NCBI GenBank assembly: GCA_963736115.1
Contig: CAVTNR010000003.1
Span: forward strand, 32,001-96,000
Source of the DNA: an uncultured bacterium
GTDB lineage: Bacteria > Zhuqueibacterota > QNDG01 > DTFT01
Direction: 5' to 3'
Length of the DNA: 64,000 bases
The position numbers and the translations under genes were made by a program. Below are positions 1 through 9,784 of this stretch, piece by piece. Position 1 is the first letter of the stretch, and every line of letters begins with the position of its first letter. The notes under the pieces were generated by a model, which saw only the letters and a program-made list of their open reading frames with translations, searched no databases and had not been told where the DNA came from.

Positions 1-3000
1 ATCCCCGCGGACAGCATGATTGAAAAAATCGAAGTGTACAAGTCCGACGCCAATTACGACAGAAAAACGGGCGAAGGCGCCTTCAGGGCCTGGGCGCTTC
101 TCGACCCCCTGCGGCCGGACACGTCCAGGACCGACCAGATGCATTACCGCGGATACTTCATGCGGATGAAGGCCGAGGAATACTATTACTCCGATAAATC
201 CGGATTCATCATCCTCGACACGCCCCTGCAGGAAAGCGAAGCCCTGGCCGTGGCTTTCCGGACCAAATCGGGAATGGAGTACGGGCTCGTCGATTGGGAC
301 TCGACCACGTCGAACCCGATAATGAAACTCGTTAAACCGCGCAACGCCAGGCCCTCGGACCCGACCTGGGACCTCGAATGGAAAAACGTCTATTCCATCG
401 GAAGCCGGAACATGGAAGAGGAGGGTTTCGAGCTCCTCATCTACCAGGATGTCTCCTCCGGAGAGCCGAAGCAGGCGTATGCGTATCCCAGCGGGGCCAA
501 GAAGGGTTTCCTCGAGATATTCGGCCTGGATCTCGCGAACAAGAACGGAGATCTCACGCCGGACAACATCATCGACGACAGGAGAAATTTCCTGAATCTG
601 GGCAACGGCGAGCTGGTTTTTCCGGATCAGCGTCCGTTCGCGCCGGTGGACGAATCACAGTTCCCGCTGCCCGACGGGCTCCGTTCCCCGTCCCTGTACG
701 ACACCACGGACAACGCCTATATCCGGAGCCAGAGCAAGTTTTTCATCGAGATCAAATCGTCCAGCCGGAGCGCGAACTACTCCCTCGGCATGAACGTGAT
801 CGAGAATTCCGAGGAGGTGATCCTGAACGGCACCCGGCTGGTCAAGGGGCAGGATTATGACATCGAATACACCTCCGGCAGTCTGACGTTGCTCAAGGAG
901 GAGGCGCGGAGCCCGACCGCCCGGCTGGAGATCAATTACGAATCCCAGCAGATGATTTCCGTCGAAAAGAAGTCCCTGATCGGTTTGCGCGCGGAGTACA
1001 ATTTCCGCGAGAATGCGGCGCAGAAATCCTTCATCGGCGCCACCTTGCTGTACATGAATCAGAAAACCATGGACCAGCGCATCCGGCTCGGCCAGGACGG
1101 CCCCATGAAGAACCTGGTCTGGGACGTGAACACCGCGTTGAACTTTCAGCCGAATTTCATGACCCGGGTGCTGGACGCCCTGCCGCTCATCGAAGCCACA
1201 TCGCCTTCCGCGCTCTCCTTCGAGGGTGAAATCGCCCAGGTCATCCCCAATCCCAATACCCTGAACAATAACAGCACCGGCGACAAGGACGGTGTGGCCT
1301 ATCTGGACGACTTCGAGGGATCCAAACGGGAGGTCCCGCTCGGCGTGATTTATTCGGGATGGGGTATGGGCTCGCTTCCGGATCCGCTCGGGAACATGCA
1401 GGATCAGCTGAGGCGGCGCGGCCACCTGATCTGGTACAATCCCTACGAACAGGTGGGGATCACGGATATCTGGCCGAACCGCGAAGTAACCACCAATTTC
1501 GGAGGCTCCACCCGAACCCATGTTCTGAACCTTCTCTTCCAGCCCAACCCGGGCGCCGACAACTCGGAATCCGAGCGCTCTCAATCCTGGGGCGGCATTC
1601 AGCGGTATCTGTCTTCCGGATACGCGGACCAGACCAACAGCCGCTTTCTCGAAGTCTGGCTGGACGGGAGCCAGGGCACGCTCCACGTGGATTTGGGCCA
1701 GGTTTCTGAGGACGTGATTCCCAACGGCATGCTGGACGAAGAGGACATGGAGCTGAACGGGTATCAGAAAAACGATCAGCTCGAGGACGAGGAGGATCGG
1801 GGTCTGGACATGGTCTTCGGTCCCGATCCGCCGGAGATTTTTCATCCCCACGAACCCGCGGCCATCGATGCGTCCGACCCGGCGAAAACTTTCGCCGAGC
1901 CCTATGATTTCTGGGACGTCGACGGGAATAAGCAGAAGGCGGAATGGGAGCCCTGGAGCAATGACACCTGGCGCTATGAGCCCCAGACGAACGATTACAA
2001 CCGCATCAACGGCACGGAGAGAAGCAAAGCCAGTTCGCAGTTTATCTATCCGAACAGCGAGGATCTGAACGGCAACGGAGACGTGGACCTCAACAACGAT
2101 TATTACGAATTCAGCTTCAATATAGAAAAAAACTCTCCGGGCGATTCCCTCATTTCCGGCGGCAAGCCGGACGGCTGGCGTCTGTACCGAATCCCCCTGA
2201 ACAATCCCTCCAAGGTCGTGGGACAGCCCCAGTGGTCCCGCATCGAATTCGTGCGGCTCTGGGTGGACGGCATACGGGATCCGTCCGCGATGATCCGCAT
2301 TGCGGAAATTTCCCTTGTGGGAAACGAGTGGAAATTCCAGGGCACGAAGACCTCTGATTCGGATCCGGCCTTCAGCACGGCCCGCGATTCGGTGATCGCC
2401 ATCGAGGTCATCAACACCCACGACAACCCGGATTACGAGCCGCCGCCTGGCGTGCGCGGCGTCGTCGACCCCATCCAGAAAATCCGCGCCAAGGAGCAGT
2501 CGCTCCGTCTCAAGGTGAACGAGCTCCAATCCGGAACCTCGGCTTATATCCAGCGGCAGTTCTACGAGGCAGAAGATCTCATCCATTACAAGACGCTCAA
2601 GATGTTTCTCCACGGTGGCGGCGTGCTGAAAAACGACCTCAAGACCGAGGACAGCATTACCGTCTTCCTGAGGCTCGGCTCGGATACGAACAACCGGTCC
2701 TACTATGAAATCCGTGTGCCCATGCGTCCGGGCTGGGATCCCGCCAATGCGGTGGAGCTGGATTTCGAAGTTCTCAGCAAGCTGAAGGAGAAGGCCAGAC
2801 TGAATCCGGCCGACAGCACCGAGAGCCTGGAATACGGGCACAAGGTCACGCTGGCCGGGTCCCCTTCCCTGCGCAACATCCGGTGGCTGACCGTCGGCGT
2901 CCGCAACAGCGGCACCGCCACTTTCACGGGCGAGATATGGCTGGATGAACTGCGGCTCTCGAACGTGCACAAGGACAAGGGCATCGCAATGCGCGTCCGT

Positions 3001-5088
3001 TCCGAGTTCCGCTGGTCCGATTTCCTCTCCGTCAACGGCGAGTACAACCGCAAGGACGCGGACTTTCACACAATCAACGAACGGTTCAGCGAGGGAAGCA
3101 CCACGCAGGGCGGCTCGCTCAACGCGAATTTTCAGCTTCAGAAACTGCTGCCCGCATCCTGGGGCGTTTCTCTTCCCGTCACCACCACCTATACGAAAAG
3201 TATTTCGGACCCCAAGTACTGCCCGGACGACACCGACATTCTGCTGAAAAGCGTCAAATCCGACTCCCTCCGGAAAACCTTTCAGGACCGGAACGAGCAG
3301 AAGGGAATCGGATTTTCCCTGGCCAAATCGAGCAAATCACGGAATTGGTTCGCCAGGCTCCTGCTGGATCCGATATCCGGAGGCGCCAATTACGCTTCCG
3401 GGACCCGGCACTCTTACCGGACGCCCAAGGCCAGGACGGAATCAAAAGGGGGATCGTTCCGGTACAGGCTGGTGCCCAGCGGGGATAATTATATTCTGCC
3501 TTTTTCCTGGGTCGGGAACAAAGGATTTATGAAAAAGATCTCCCAGGTCCGTTTCACCTACCTGCCCTCGGACGTGAATTTCGACATGACGGGATCCTTC
3601 AACCGGTCCAATTCCGAAACGCGCGAAGGCATTGCCACAAACGACACCACGGCCACGCTCTCAAGGAACTTCGACACCACCTTTCAGCCGTTCCGGGCGT
3701 TGACCCTCGAATTCGGCCGCGCTTCCACCGCGGACATGCGTTATGCCGAATGGAGCACGGAAATGCTGATCCCGACGGACAGCATTCAGACGGAGAAAAG
3801 CCAGAATTTCAGCGTCAAACTGAACCCGACTCTCGCCCAATGGCTCAAGCCCAATGCGTCGTTTTCCGCCAATTACCGCTGGCGTAACAACTTCCAGCAG
3901 AGGGCCAATCAAACCGGCGTCAGTTCCGGAATACAGAACAGCATCACGGTGTCCAATACTTTCGATCCTTCCAAGCTGTTCAGTTCAACCGGCAAGAAAA
4001 AGCCGGCCGGCAAGCCTTCGCCCGTCAAACGTCCCGCGCCTGCGGGTTCTGACGCGCCGAAACCGGGAGAACCCGCCAAACCGCAGGATGAAAAAAAGGA
4101 CGGGTCAAAAGGATTATCCGTTCTGACCCTATTCCCCAAAATGGCCGGTGTATTCCGGAAGATCGACCCCATCACAGTCAATGTCACGCACACCGCCTCG
4201 TCCAATGACCAGGGCATTCTCGGCCAGCCGGACATGGCGTATATGTTCGGCCTGACCATGGACCCGGGTGTTCCGTACTCCGAGAACTTGCTTTCGAATC
4301 CGGTCACCCGGACCCGCAATCTGCGTTGGTCGCTTAAATCGGGCGTAAAAATCACCAGTAGTCTGCAGGCAGGAATGGATTATAATTTTTCAGATAATTT
4401 GAACATAAGCTCTCAGTCCACTCAAACGATATCCAGAACCGCATATTTAAGCGATGAAACAGGGATACCGTTTCCAACTTGGAGTTTGACCTGGCAGGGT
4501 CTGGAAAAAGTAAAATATATTAATAAATATTTGAAATCATTGCGTTTGTCTCATTCCTTCTCCGGAAATCAGGAGGATAATTATACTCAATCCAAGCTGA
4601 CCAGCACCAAACTGACCAAAAATTTCAGGCCATTTTTCGGCATCGCCATATCCATGAAAAACGGTATTACAGGCAATATTCAATATAATAATACATCCTC
4701 TCTGACCACAACAGTCAAAGGCAGTTCTCTGGCAAGCCGAATAAGGCAACAGGCCAGCTCAATCAGTGTTTCAGGTTCATATTCGAAACGAGGCGGCCTG
4801 CGTCTTCCCTTCATGAAAAACAAAAAGTTAGATAATAATCTGGACTTCAAAATGTCATTTGAGAGCAGCAATTCCGAAGATTTCAGCGCTAAAACCCTGA
4901 AGTCCAAATATACCAGCACCCGGAGTCAGAAAACCTGGACCCTGGAGCCGCGCGTGGATTACTCCTTTTCCACTTCGGTCAACGGCGGCTGTTATCTGAA
5001 GCTGGGCCAAAGCAAGCACTTCCAGCTGGGAACCACAAAAACAACCGCATTCGGCATCAACTGCGTCATTTCCCTGGCTGGACGATAA
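1..5088 (+). CDS. sprA: Type IX secretion system outer-membrane translocon SprA/Sov (5'-truncated by the window)
   Basis: Frame is open from base 1. SprA-like motifs: WDLEWKNVYSIG, SEEVILNG.RL.KGQDY.IEY.SG, AYLDDFEG, LHVDLGQVSEDVIPNG, SEDLNGNG, WRLYRIPL, GEIWLDELRL; C-terminal half made of amphipathic beta strands. Confidence 0.88.
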   Translation: MPADSMIEKIEVYKSDANYDRKTGEGAFRAWALLDPLRPDTSRTDQMHYRGYFMRMKAEEYYYSDKSGFIILDTPLQESEALAVAFRTKSGMEYGLVDWDSTTSNPIMKLVKPRNARPSDPTWDLEWKNVYSIGSRNMEEEGFELLIYQDVSSGEPKQAYAYPSGAKKGFLEIFGLDLANKNGDLTPDNIIDDRRNFLNLGNGELVFPDQRPFAPVDESQFPLPDGLRSPSLYDTTDNAYIRSQSKFFIEIKSSSRSANYSLGMNVIENSEEVILNGTRLVKGQDYDIEYTSGSLTLLKEEARSPTARLEINYESQQMISVEKKSLIGLRAEYNFRENAAQKSFIGATLLYMNQKTMDQRIRLGQDGPMKNLVWDVNTALNFQPNFMTRVLDALPLIEATSPSALSFEGEIAQVIPNPNTLNNNSTGDKDGVAYLDDFEGSKREVPLGVIYSGWGMGSLPDPLGNMQDQLRRRGHLIWYNPYEQVGITDIWPNREVTTNFGGSTRTHVLNLLFQPNPGADNSESERSQSWGGIQRYLSSGYADQTNSRFLEVWLDGSQGTLHVDLGQVSEDVIPNGMLDEEDMELNGYQKNDQLEDEEDRGLDMVFGPDPPEIFHPHEPAAIDASDPAKTFAEPYDFWDVDGNKQKAEWEPWSNDTWRYEPQTNDYNRINGTERSKASSQFIYPNSEDLNGNGDVDLNNDYYEFSFNIEKNSPGDSLISGGKPDGWRLYRIPLNNPSKVVGQPQWSRIEFVRLWVDGIRDPSAMIRIAEISLVGNEWKFQGTKTSDSDPAFSTARDSVIAIEVINTHDNPDYEPPPGVRGVVDPIQKIRAKEQSLRLKVNELQSGTSAYIQRQFYEAEDLIHYKTLKMFLHGGGVLKNDLKTEDSITVFLRLGSDTNNRSYYEIRVPMRPGWDPANAVELDFEVLSKLKEKARLNPADSTESLEYGHKVTLAGSPSLRNIRWLTVGVRNSGTATFTGEIWLDELRLSNVHKDKGIAMRVRSEFRWSDFLSVNGEYNRKDADFHTINERFSEGSTTQGGSLNANFQLQKLLPASWGVSLPVTTTYTKSISDPKYCPDDTDILLKSVKSDSLRKTFQDRNEQKGIGFSLAKSSKSRNWFARLLLDPISGGANYASGTRHSYRTPKARTESKGGSFRYRLVPSGDNYILPFSWVGNKGFMKKISQVRFTYLPSDVNFDMTGSFNRSNSETREGIATNDTTATLSRNFDTTFQPFRALTLEFGRASTADMRYAEWSTEMLIPTDSIQTEKSQNFSVKLNPTLAQWLKPNASFSANYRWRNNFQQRANQTGVSSGIQNSITVSNTFDPSKLFSSTGKKKPAGKPSPVKRPAPAGSDAPKPGEPAKPQDEKKDGSKGLSVLTLFPKMAGVFRKIDPITVNVTHTASSNDQGILGQPDMAYMFGLTMDPGVPYSENLLSNPVTRTRNLRWSLKSGVKITSSLQAGMDYNFSDNLNISSQSTQTISRTAYLSDETGIPFPTWSLTWQGLEKVKYINKYLKSLRLSHSFSGNQEDNYTQSKLTSTKLTKNFRPFFGIAISMKNGITGNIQYNNTSSLTTTVKGSSLASRIRQQASSISVSGSYSKRGGLRLPFMKNKKLDNNLDFKMSFESSNSEDFSAKTLKSKYTSTRSQKTWTLEPRVDYSFSTSVNGGCYLKLGQSKHFQLGTTKTTAFGINCVISLAGR

Positions 5089-5092
5089 AATC

Positions 5093-5121
5093 TTGACTTT
5101 CTTCCGTATTTTCATTATAAT
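5093..5121 (+). promoter_or_regulatory. sigma70-type promoter for the rsmI operon
   Basis: TTGACT (5093-5098), 17-bp spacer, TATAAT (5116-5121), about 70 bp upstream of rsmI. Confidence 0.75.
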
Positions 5122-5190
5122 TAAAACTGTCTTTCCGATTTTTCAGCAGAAAGTGGCTTTCTGGATATCCGGGATCCTAAAGAAACGACT

Positions 5191-5889
5191 GTGCCGGCCG
5201 GAATCGGCACTCTTTTTCTGGTCAGCACCCCGATCGGCAATCTGGAAGACATGCCGCCGAGAGCCGTGCGCATTCTCGCCGAGGCGGATCTGGTGGCCGC
5301 GGAAGATACGCGGCATACCGGAATCCTCATGCGGCATTTCGGCATCAGCAACCGGCTGGAAAGCTATCACGATTATAATAAGGAAAGAACCGGCCCGCGT
5401 CTCATTCAGCGTCTGCTGAACGGAGAATCCATCGCGGTCGTTTCTGACGCCGGCACTCCGGGAATCTCGGATCCGGCGTTCAACCTGGTCCGCAGCGCGG
5501 CGGAAAACCGGATCCCCGTGATTCCGATTCCCGGACCCACGGCCGCCATTGCGGCCCTGTCCGTTTCGGGTCTGCCCACCGACCGTTTCGTCTTCGAAGG
5601 ATTCCTTCCGGCGAAGAAGGGACGCCGGACCCGCCTGGCGGAGCTGGCGAAAGAATCCAGGACCCTCATCCTGTACGAATCGCCACACCGGCTGATCCGC
5701 ACCCTGCGGGATCTGCTGGAAACGCTGGGAGACAGGCCCGCATCCGTCAGCCGCGAACTGACCAAGAAGTTCGAGGAAACGGTCCGCGGCCGGATCTCGG
5801 AACTGATCGTCGTGTTTTCGGGCCGCAGGATTCTCGGTGAATTCGTTCTCATCATACACGGTCACCTCGACAGGGAAAAAATAAAATGA
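5191..5889 (+). CDS. rsmI: 16S rRNA (cytidine-1402-2'-O)-methyltransferase
   Basis: LFLVSTPIGNLED, AAEDTR, VSDAGTPGISDP, FEGFLP, YESPHR, RELTKKFEE. Confidence 0.95.
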   Translation: MPAGIGTLFLVSTPIGNLEDMPPRAVRILAEADLVAAEDTRHTGILMRHFGISNRLESYHDYNKERTGPRLIQRLLNGESIAVVSDAGTPGISDPAFNLVRSAAENRIPVIPIPGPTAAIAALSVSGLPTDRFVFEGFLPAKKGRRTRLAELAKESRTLILYESPHRLIRTLRDLLETLGDRPASVSRELTKKFEETVRGRISELIVVFSGRRILGEFVLIIHGHLDREKIK

Positions 5890-6515
5890 CCCAACTCGTC
5901 GACCGCGAAGCCATTCCCGATTCACTCAAGGACGGATACGCCCGCGCGGTCTCTCCTCTCATCCGGCTGCTGACCCGCTGGGACATGCATCCGAACACAT
6001 TCACCGTTTTCGGACTGATCGTCAGCGCCGTGTCTTCCGTTTTCATGGCCGCGGGCTCTTTCCGCCTGGCGGCCCTGCTCGTTCTGCTCGCCGGCTTTTT
6101 TGACACCGTAGACGGCAAACTCGCGCGCCAGAGCGGAAAAGTCACGAAATTCGGCGCCTTGCTGGATTCCACTCTCGACCGCTATTCCGAGGCGCTGATC
6201 TTCTTCGGCATGGCCTACTGTTTCGTCCGTCAGGACCGCTATCTGACGACCCTGGCCGTGGCCGTGGCCCTCGGGGGTTCCCTCATGGTCAGCTATGTCC
6301 GCGCGCGTGCCGAAGGCCTGGGATTCGAATGCAAGGTCGGCATTTTACAGAGGCCGGAGCGCCTCATTCTGATCGCGGCGGGCGGCCTTCTGCATCCCGC
6401 GGCCCTGATCGCTTCCATTTGGATCATCGCGGTTCTCTCCAATGTCACCGTCTTCATCCGTCTCCTGCACGTCCGGAACGAGGAGCGGAAACGTGCCACG
6501 GCGCCATCGCCCTGA
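5886..6515 (+). CDS. CDP-alcohol phosphatidyltransferase, probably phosphatidylinositol-phosphate synthase
   Basis: Signature DxxDGxxARxxxxxxxxGxxxDxxxD (DTVDGKLARQSGKVTKFGALLDSTLD), plus SYVRARAE and RPERL motifs typical of PIP synthases; two genes from ino1. Confidence 0.85.
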   Translation: MTQLVDREAIPDSLKDGYARAVSPLIRLLTRWDMHPNTFTVFGLIVSAVSSVFMAAGSFRLAALLVLLAGFFDTVDGKLARQSGKVTKFGALLDSTLDRYSEALIFFGMAYCFVRQDRYLTTLAVAVALGGSLMVSYVRARAEGLGFECKVGILQRPERLILIAAGGLLHPAALIASIWIIAVLSNVTVFIRLLHVRNEERKRATAPSP

Positions 6516-6527
6516 CGGACCGGACCG

Positions 6528-6887
6528 ATGAACCGCCTGATGCTCAAATCGAAAATACACCGCGCCGTCGTCACCGGCGCGGATCTGTCTTATGAAGGCA
6601 GCATCGCCATCGACGAAGCGCTCATGGAGGCCGCGGATCTTCTGCCGAACGAACAGGTGCATGTCCTGAACCTGGCCAACGGTTCTCGTTCGGAGACCTA
6701 CGTGATCCGCGGCGGCCGGAACACCGGCGAGGTGGTGCTCAACGGCGCGCTCGCGCGTCTGGCACAGGCCGGCGACCCGGTCATCATACTGTCGTACACC
6801 TGGGCGGACACGGAAACCGCCAGCAGTCTTCAGCCGGTCATCGTCCATGTGGACGAAAAAAACCGGATCCGCCCGGCGAAACCCTGA
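6528..6887 (+). CDS. panD: Aspartate 1-decarboxylase (pyruvoyl-dependent)
   Basis: MLKSKIHRA, YEG/SIAID self-cleavage site, NG.R.ETY, LNGA.AR. Confidence 0.95.
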   Translation: MNRLMLKSKIHRAVVTGADLSYEGSIAIDEALMEAADLLPNEQVHVLNLANGSRSETYVIRGGRNTGEVVLNGALARLAQAGDPVIILSYTWADTETASSLQPVIVHVDEKNRIRPAKP

Positions 6888-6911
6888 CCTGTCATCCAAA
6901 AGGAGGATGCC

Positions 6912-8228
6912 TTGATCGATAAAAACGCGAAAATCACCGAGCCCAAGGGGAAGCTGGGCGTTCTCATCCCCGGACTGGGCGCCGTCTCCACCACCTTCAT
7001 CGCCGGCGTACAGGCGATCATCGACGGCCAAACCCCGCCGTACGGCTCCCTGACGCAGATGGGCACCATCCGCCTGGGCAAACGGACGGACGACCGCACG
7101 CCGATGATCAAGGATTTCGTGCCCCTGGCCCGTCTGGAGGATCTGGTTTTCGGCGCCTGGGACCCCATCGAGGATGACGGGTACGAATCCGCCCGCAAGT
7201 CCGGCGTTCTGAACGAAGCCGACCTTCTCAAGGCCAAAAAACGGCTGGAAGCGATCAAACCGATGAAAGCCGTGTTTGACCAGAAATACGTGAAGCGCCT
7301 CAACGGCACCTGGATGAAGAAGGGCGCCAATAAAATGGAACTGGCCGAACAGGTCATGGACGATATTGCCTCCTTCAAGAAGCGCGAGAACGCGGACCGG
7401 GCACTGATGATCTGGTGCGCTTCGACCGAAATCTTCATCAAGCCGCAGGACGTTCATTCCACGATAGAAAAATTCGAAAAGGGCCTCCTCGCGAATGACG
7501 ACGCGATTCCCAACTCGATGGTCTACGCCTACGCGGCGCTGAAATCCGGAGTCCCGTTCTTCAATGGCGCCCCGAACCTGACCGTCGACGTCCCCGCGCT
7601 GTTGAATCTCGCCCGCGACAACGGCCTGCCGGTCGGAGGAAAGGATTTCAAGTCCGGCCAGACACTCATGAAGACGATCCTCGCCCCGGGTTTCAAGGCG
7701 CGCATGCTCGGACTGAGCGGCTGGTTCTCCACCAATATCCTCGGGAACCGGGACGGCGAGGTGCTCGATGATCCGGAGTCGTTCAAAACCAAGGAGGAGT
7801 CGAAGCTCTCCGTCCTGGAATACATTCTCCAGCCGAAAGTCTATCCCGACCTGTACAAAGACTTCTATCACAAAGTCCGCATCAATTACTATCCGCCCCG
7901 CGGAGACAACAAGGAATCGTGGGACAACATTGATATCTTCGGCTGGATGGGGTATCCCATGCAGATCAAGGTGAATTTCCTGTGCCGTGACTCCATCCTG
8001 GCCGCGCCCATCGTGCTGGACCTCGTTCTGTTCGGCGACCTGGCGCATCGCGCCGGCATGCGCGGCGTCCAGGAGTGGCTGTCGTTCTACTTCAAGAGCC
8101 CCATGACCGCGCCCGGCCTGTACCCGGAGCATGACCTCTTCATCCAGCTCCAGAAGCTGAAGAACACGCTCCGGCACCTGAAGGGCGAGGAGCTGATCAC
8201 GCATCTCGGTCTGGAGTATTACGATTGA
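6912..8228 (+). CDS. ino1: myo-inositol-3-phosphate synthase
   Basis: PGLGAVSTT, GKDFKSGQT, WFSTNILGNRDG, RGDNKE, CRDSILAAP, SFYFKSP; AGGAGG RBS before a TTG start. Confidence 0.93.
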   Translation: MIDKNAKITEPKGKLGVLIPGLGAVSTTFIAGVQAIIDGQTPPYGSLTQMGTIRLGKRTDDRTPMIKDFVPLARLEDLVFGAWDPIEDDGYESARKSGVLNEADLLKAKKRLEAIKPMKAVFDQKYVKRLNGTWMKKGANKMELAEQVMDDIASFKKRENADRALMIWCASTEIFIKPQDVHSTIEKFEKGLLANDDAIPNSMVYAYAALKSGVPFFNGAPNLTVDVPALLNLARDNGLPVGGKDFKSGQTLMKTILAPGFKARMLGLSGWFSTNILGNRDGEVLDDPESFKTKEESKLSVLEYILQPKVYPDLYKDFYHKVRINYYPPRGDNKESWDNIDIFGWMGYPMQIKVNFLCRDSILAAPIVLDLVLFGDLAHRAGMRGVQEWLSFYFKSPMTAPGLYPEHDLFIQLQKLKNTLRHLKGEELITHLGLEYYD

Positions 8229-9595
8229 GTCGGCGCAGTTCCATATTTAAAATTCTCAAGACCTCGGTTCCCGCCGCCCTGGACCTGGCTTCCCAGCCCG
8301 TCATGTGGCTGGTGGAGGCGGTGTTCATCGGGCGGCTCAGCGCCGCGGCGCTGGGAGGCGTGGGATTCGCCCTGCAGATCATTCTGCTGACCATCACGCT
8401 GATGCTGACGTTCGTGATGGGCGCCATCATTCTCATCAACCGCCATCTCGGATCCAACGACCGATGGGGGGCGAACCACATTCTCGGCCAGACGCTCATG
8501 TCCGGCCTGATTTTTTCCTTTTTTATCGGTCTGCTCTGGTATTTCGGATCCCCGACCCTGTTCCGGATCATCCGGGAGCAGGACATGGCGAACGCCGGCG
8601 CTTCAACCCTCTCGGGCATCGATTCCGGAATCCAGTATCTTAAAATCATCTCGTTTTTCGCTCCGATCATCATCACCAATTTCCTGGCCGTTTCCATGAT
8701 CCGCGGGTCGGGCGACACGCGCCTGTCCATGATCATCAACATCACCATGAACCTGACCAACATCCTGCTGACGCCCATCTTCATCTACGGCCTCTTCGGC
8801 GTTCCGCGCCTGGAAGTCCGCGGCGCCGCGGTCGCAGTCGGAATCTCCCATTCTCTCGGACTGATGATCACGCTGCTGTCCCTCCGGAGGCCGACCTCGA
8901 CGCTGTTCCTTTCCGTCCACGAGATGACGCGGCCGAACTGGAAGAGCATCAAACAGCTCTTCAAGCTGGGATTTCCGACGACGGTCGAACAGCTGGTCTG
9001 GACCGTGGGCCAGGTCATCGTCACCGGATACGTGGCGTTGATCGGCATCTCCGCCCTGGCCGTGCATCAGGTCTTTCTGCGGATCCAGGCCGTTCTGTCG
9101 ATGGTATACATGGGCTTCAGCCTCACCGCCATGACCCATATGGGCAAAAACATCGGCGCCAACGAGCACTCGGCGGCGGAATCCATGGGCCGCATGACGC
9201 ACCGGATTTCGCTCCTGGCCGTCCTGTCCATTCTGGTCCTCATGATCGCGTTCTCCTCGCCTCTGCTCCACCTGTTCATCCGGCGGGAGGACGCCATCAT
9301 CGCGGATTTCGGCTTCCGGACCGCGTTCATTGTGTTCTCGCTGGTGCAGGTGCCCAAGGCCATGAACACCGTCATCGGCGGGAGTCTGAGGGGCGCCGGC
9401 GACCTGAAATGGATCATGACCGTCAACGCCGTGGCCGTCCTGCTTCTTGAAATCGGGTTCAACTGGGTCGGCACTTTCATGCTCCACTGGGGTCTGGTCG
9501 GTATCTGGGCCGTGCAGGGCGTCGACGAAACCGTAAAAAGCACAATCAACTATTTCCGCTTCCGCTGCGGCAAGTGGAAGCTCATCCGCTTCTAG
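8225..9595 (+). CDS. MATE family (MOP superfamily) transporter
   Basis: About 12 hydrophobic segments; RGSGDTR, RLEVRGAAVA, LRGAGD motifs; overlaps the ino1 stop. Confidence 0.88.
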   Translation: MSRRSSIFKILKTSVPAALDLASQPVMWLVEAVFIGRLSAAALGGVGFALQIILLTITLMLTFVMGAIILINRHLGSNDRWGANHILGQTLMSGLIFSFFIGLLWYFGSPTLFRIIREQDMANAGASTLSGIDSGIQYLKIISFFAPIIITNFLAVSMIRGSGDTRLSMIINITMNLTNILLTPIFIYGLFGVPRLEVRGAAVAVGISHSLGLMITLLSLRRPTSTLFLSVHEMTRPNWKSIKQLFKLGFPTTVEQLVWTVGQVIVTGYVALIGISALAVHQVFLRIQAVLSMVYMGFSLTAMTHMGKNIGANEHSAAESMGRMTHRISLLAVLSILVLMIAFSSPLLHLFIRREDAIIADFGFRTAFIVFSLVQVPKAMNTVIGGSLRGAGDLKWIMTVNAVAVLLLEIGFNWVGTFMLHWGLVGIWAVQGVDETVKSTINYFRFRCGKWKLIRF

Positions 9596-9606
9596 CGGAA
9601 ACCCGA

Positions 9607-9764
9607 TGAAAGACCCCGCCGGTTGCAGCGGGGTCTCACGCGAAACTTGGATGATGGACGCCGCAAGCGGCGGGGAATTCGACCCGTCGGAGCGGCCAGA
9701 AGCTCCATCTTCAATCATCCAGAAAAACTGGACCCGGAATGACCAGGCTTCTGGCCGCCCGATT
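9607..9764 (+). repeat. Dispersed structured repeat, family A, copy 1
   Basis: Aligns without gaps over 158 bp to the reverse complement of 57840-57997 (22 mismatches by hand count). Two CCCCGC-type hairpins, then a long stem TCGGAGCGGCCAGAAGC...GCTTCTGGCCGCCCGA. Confidence 0.85.
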
Positions 9765-9784
9765 AAACGCGTCAAGGGGACGAT

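Noticed and set aside
655-3069. 804-aa minus-strand ORF, and similar long antisense ORFs (6345-8204, 8603-11143, 11674-14316, 29978-32845, 34457-35983, 47318-49621)
   Set aside because: Each lies antisense to a well-supported gene and has no recognisable motif; these are shadow ORFs expected from high-GC codon bias.
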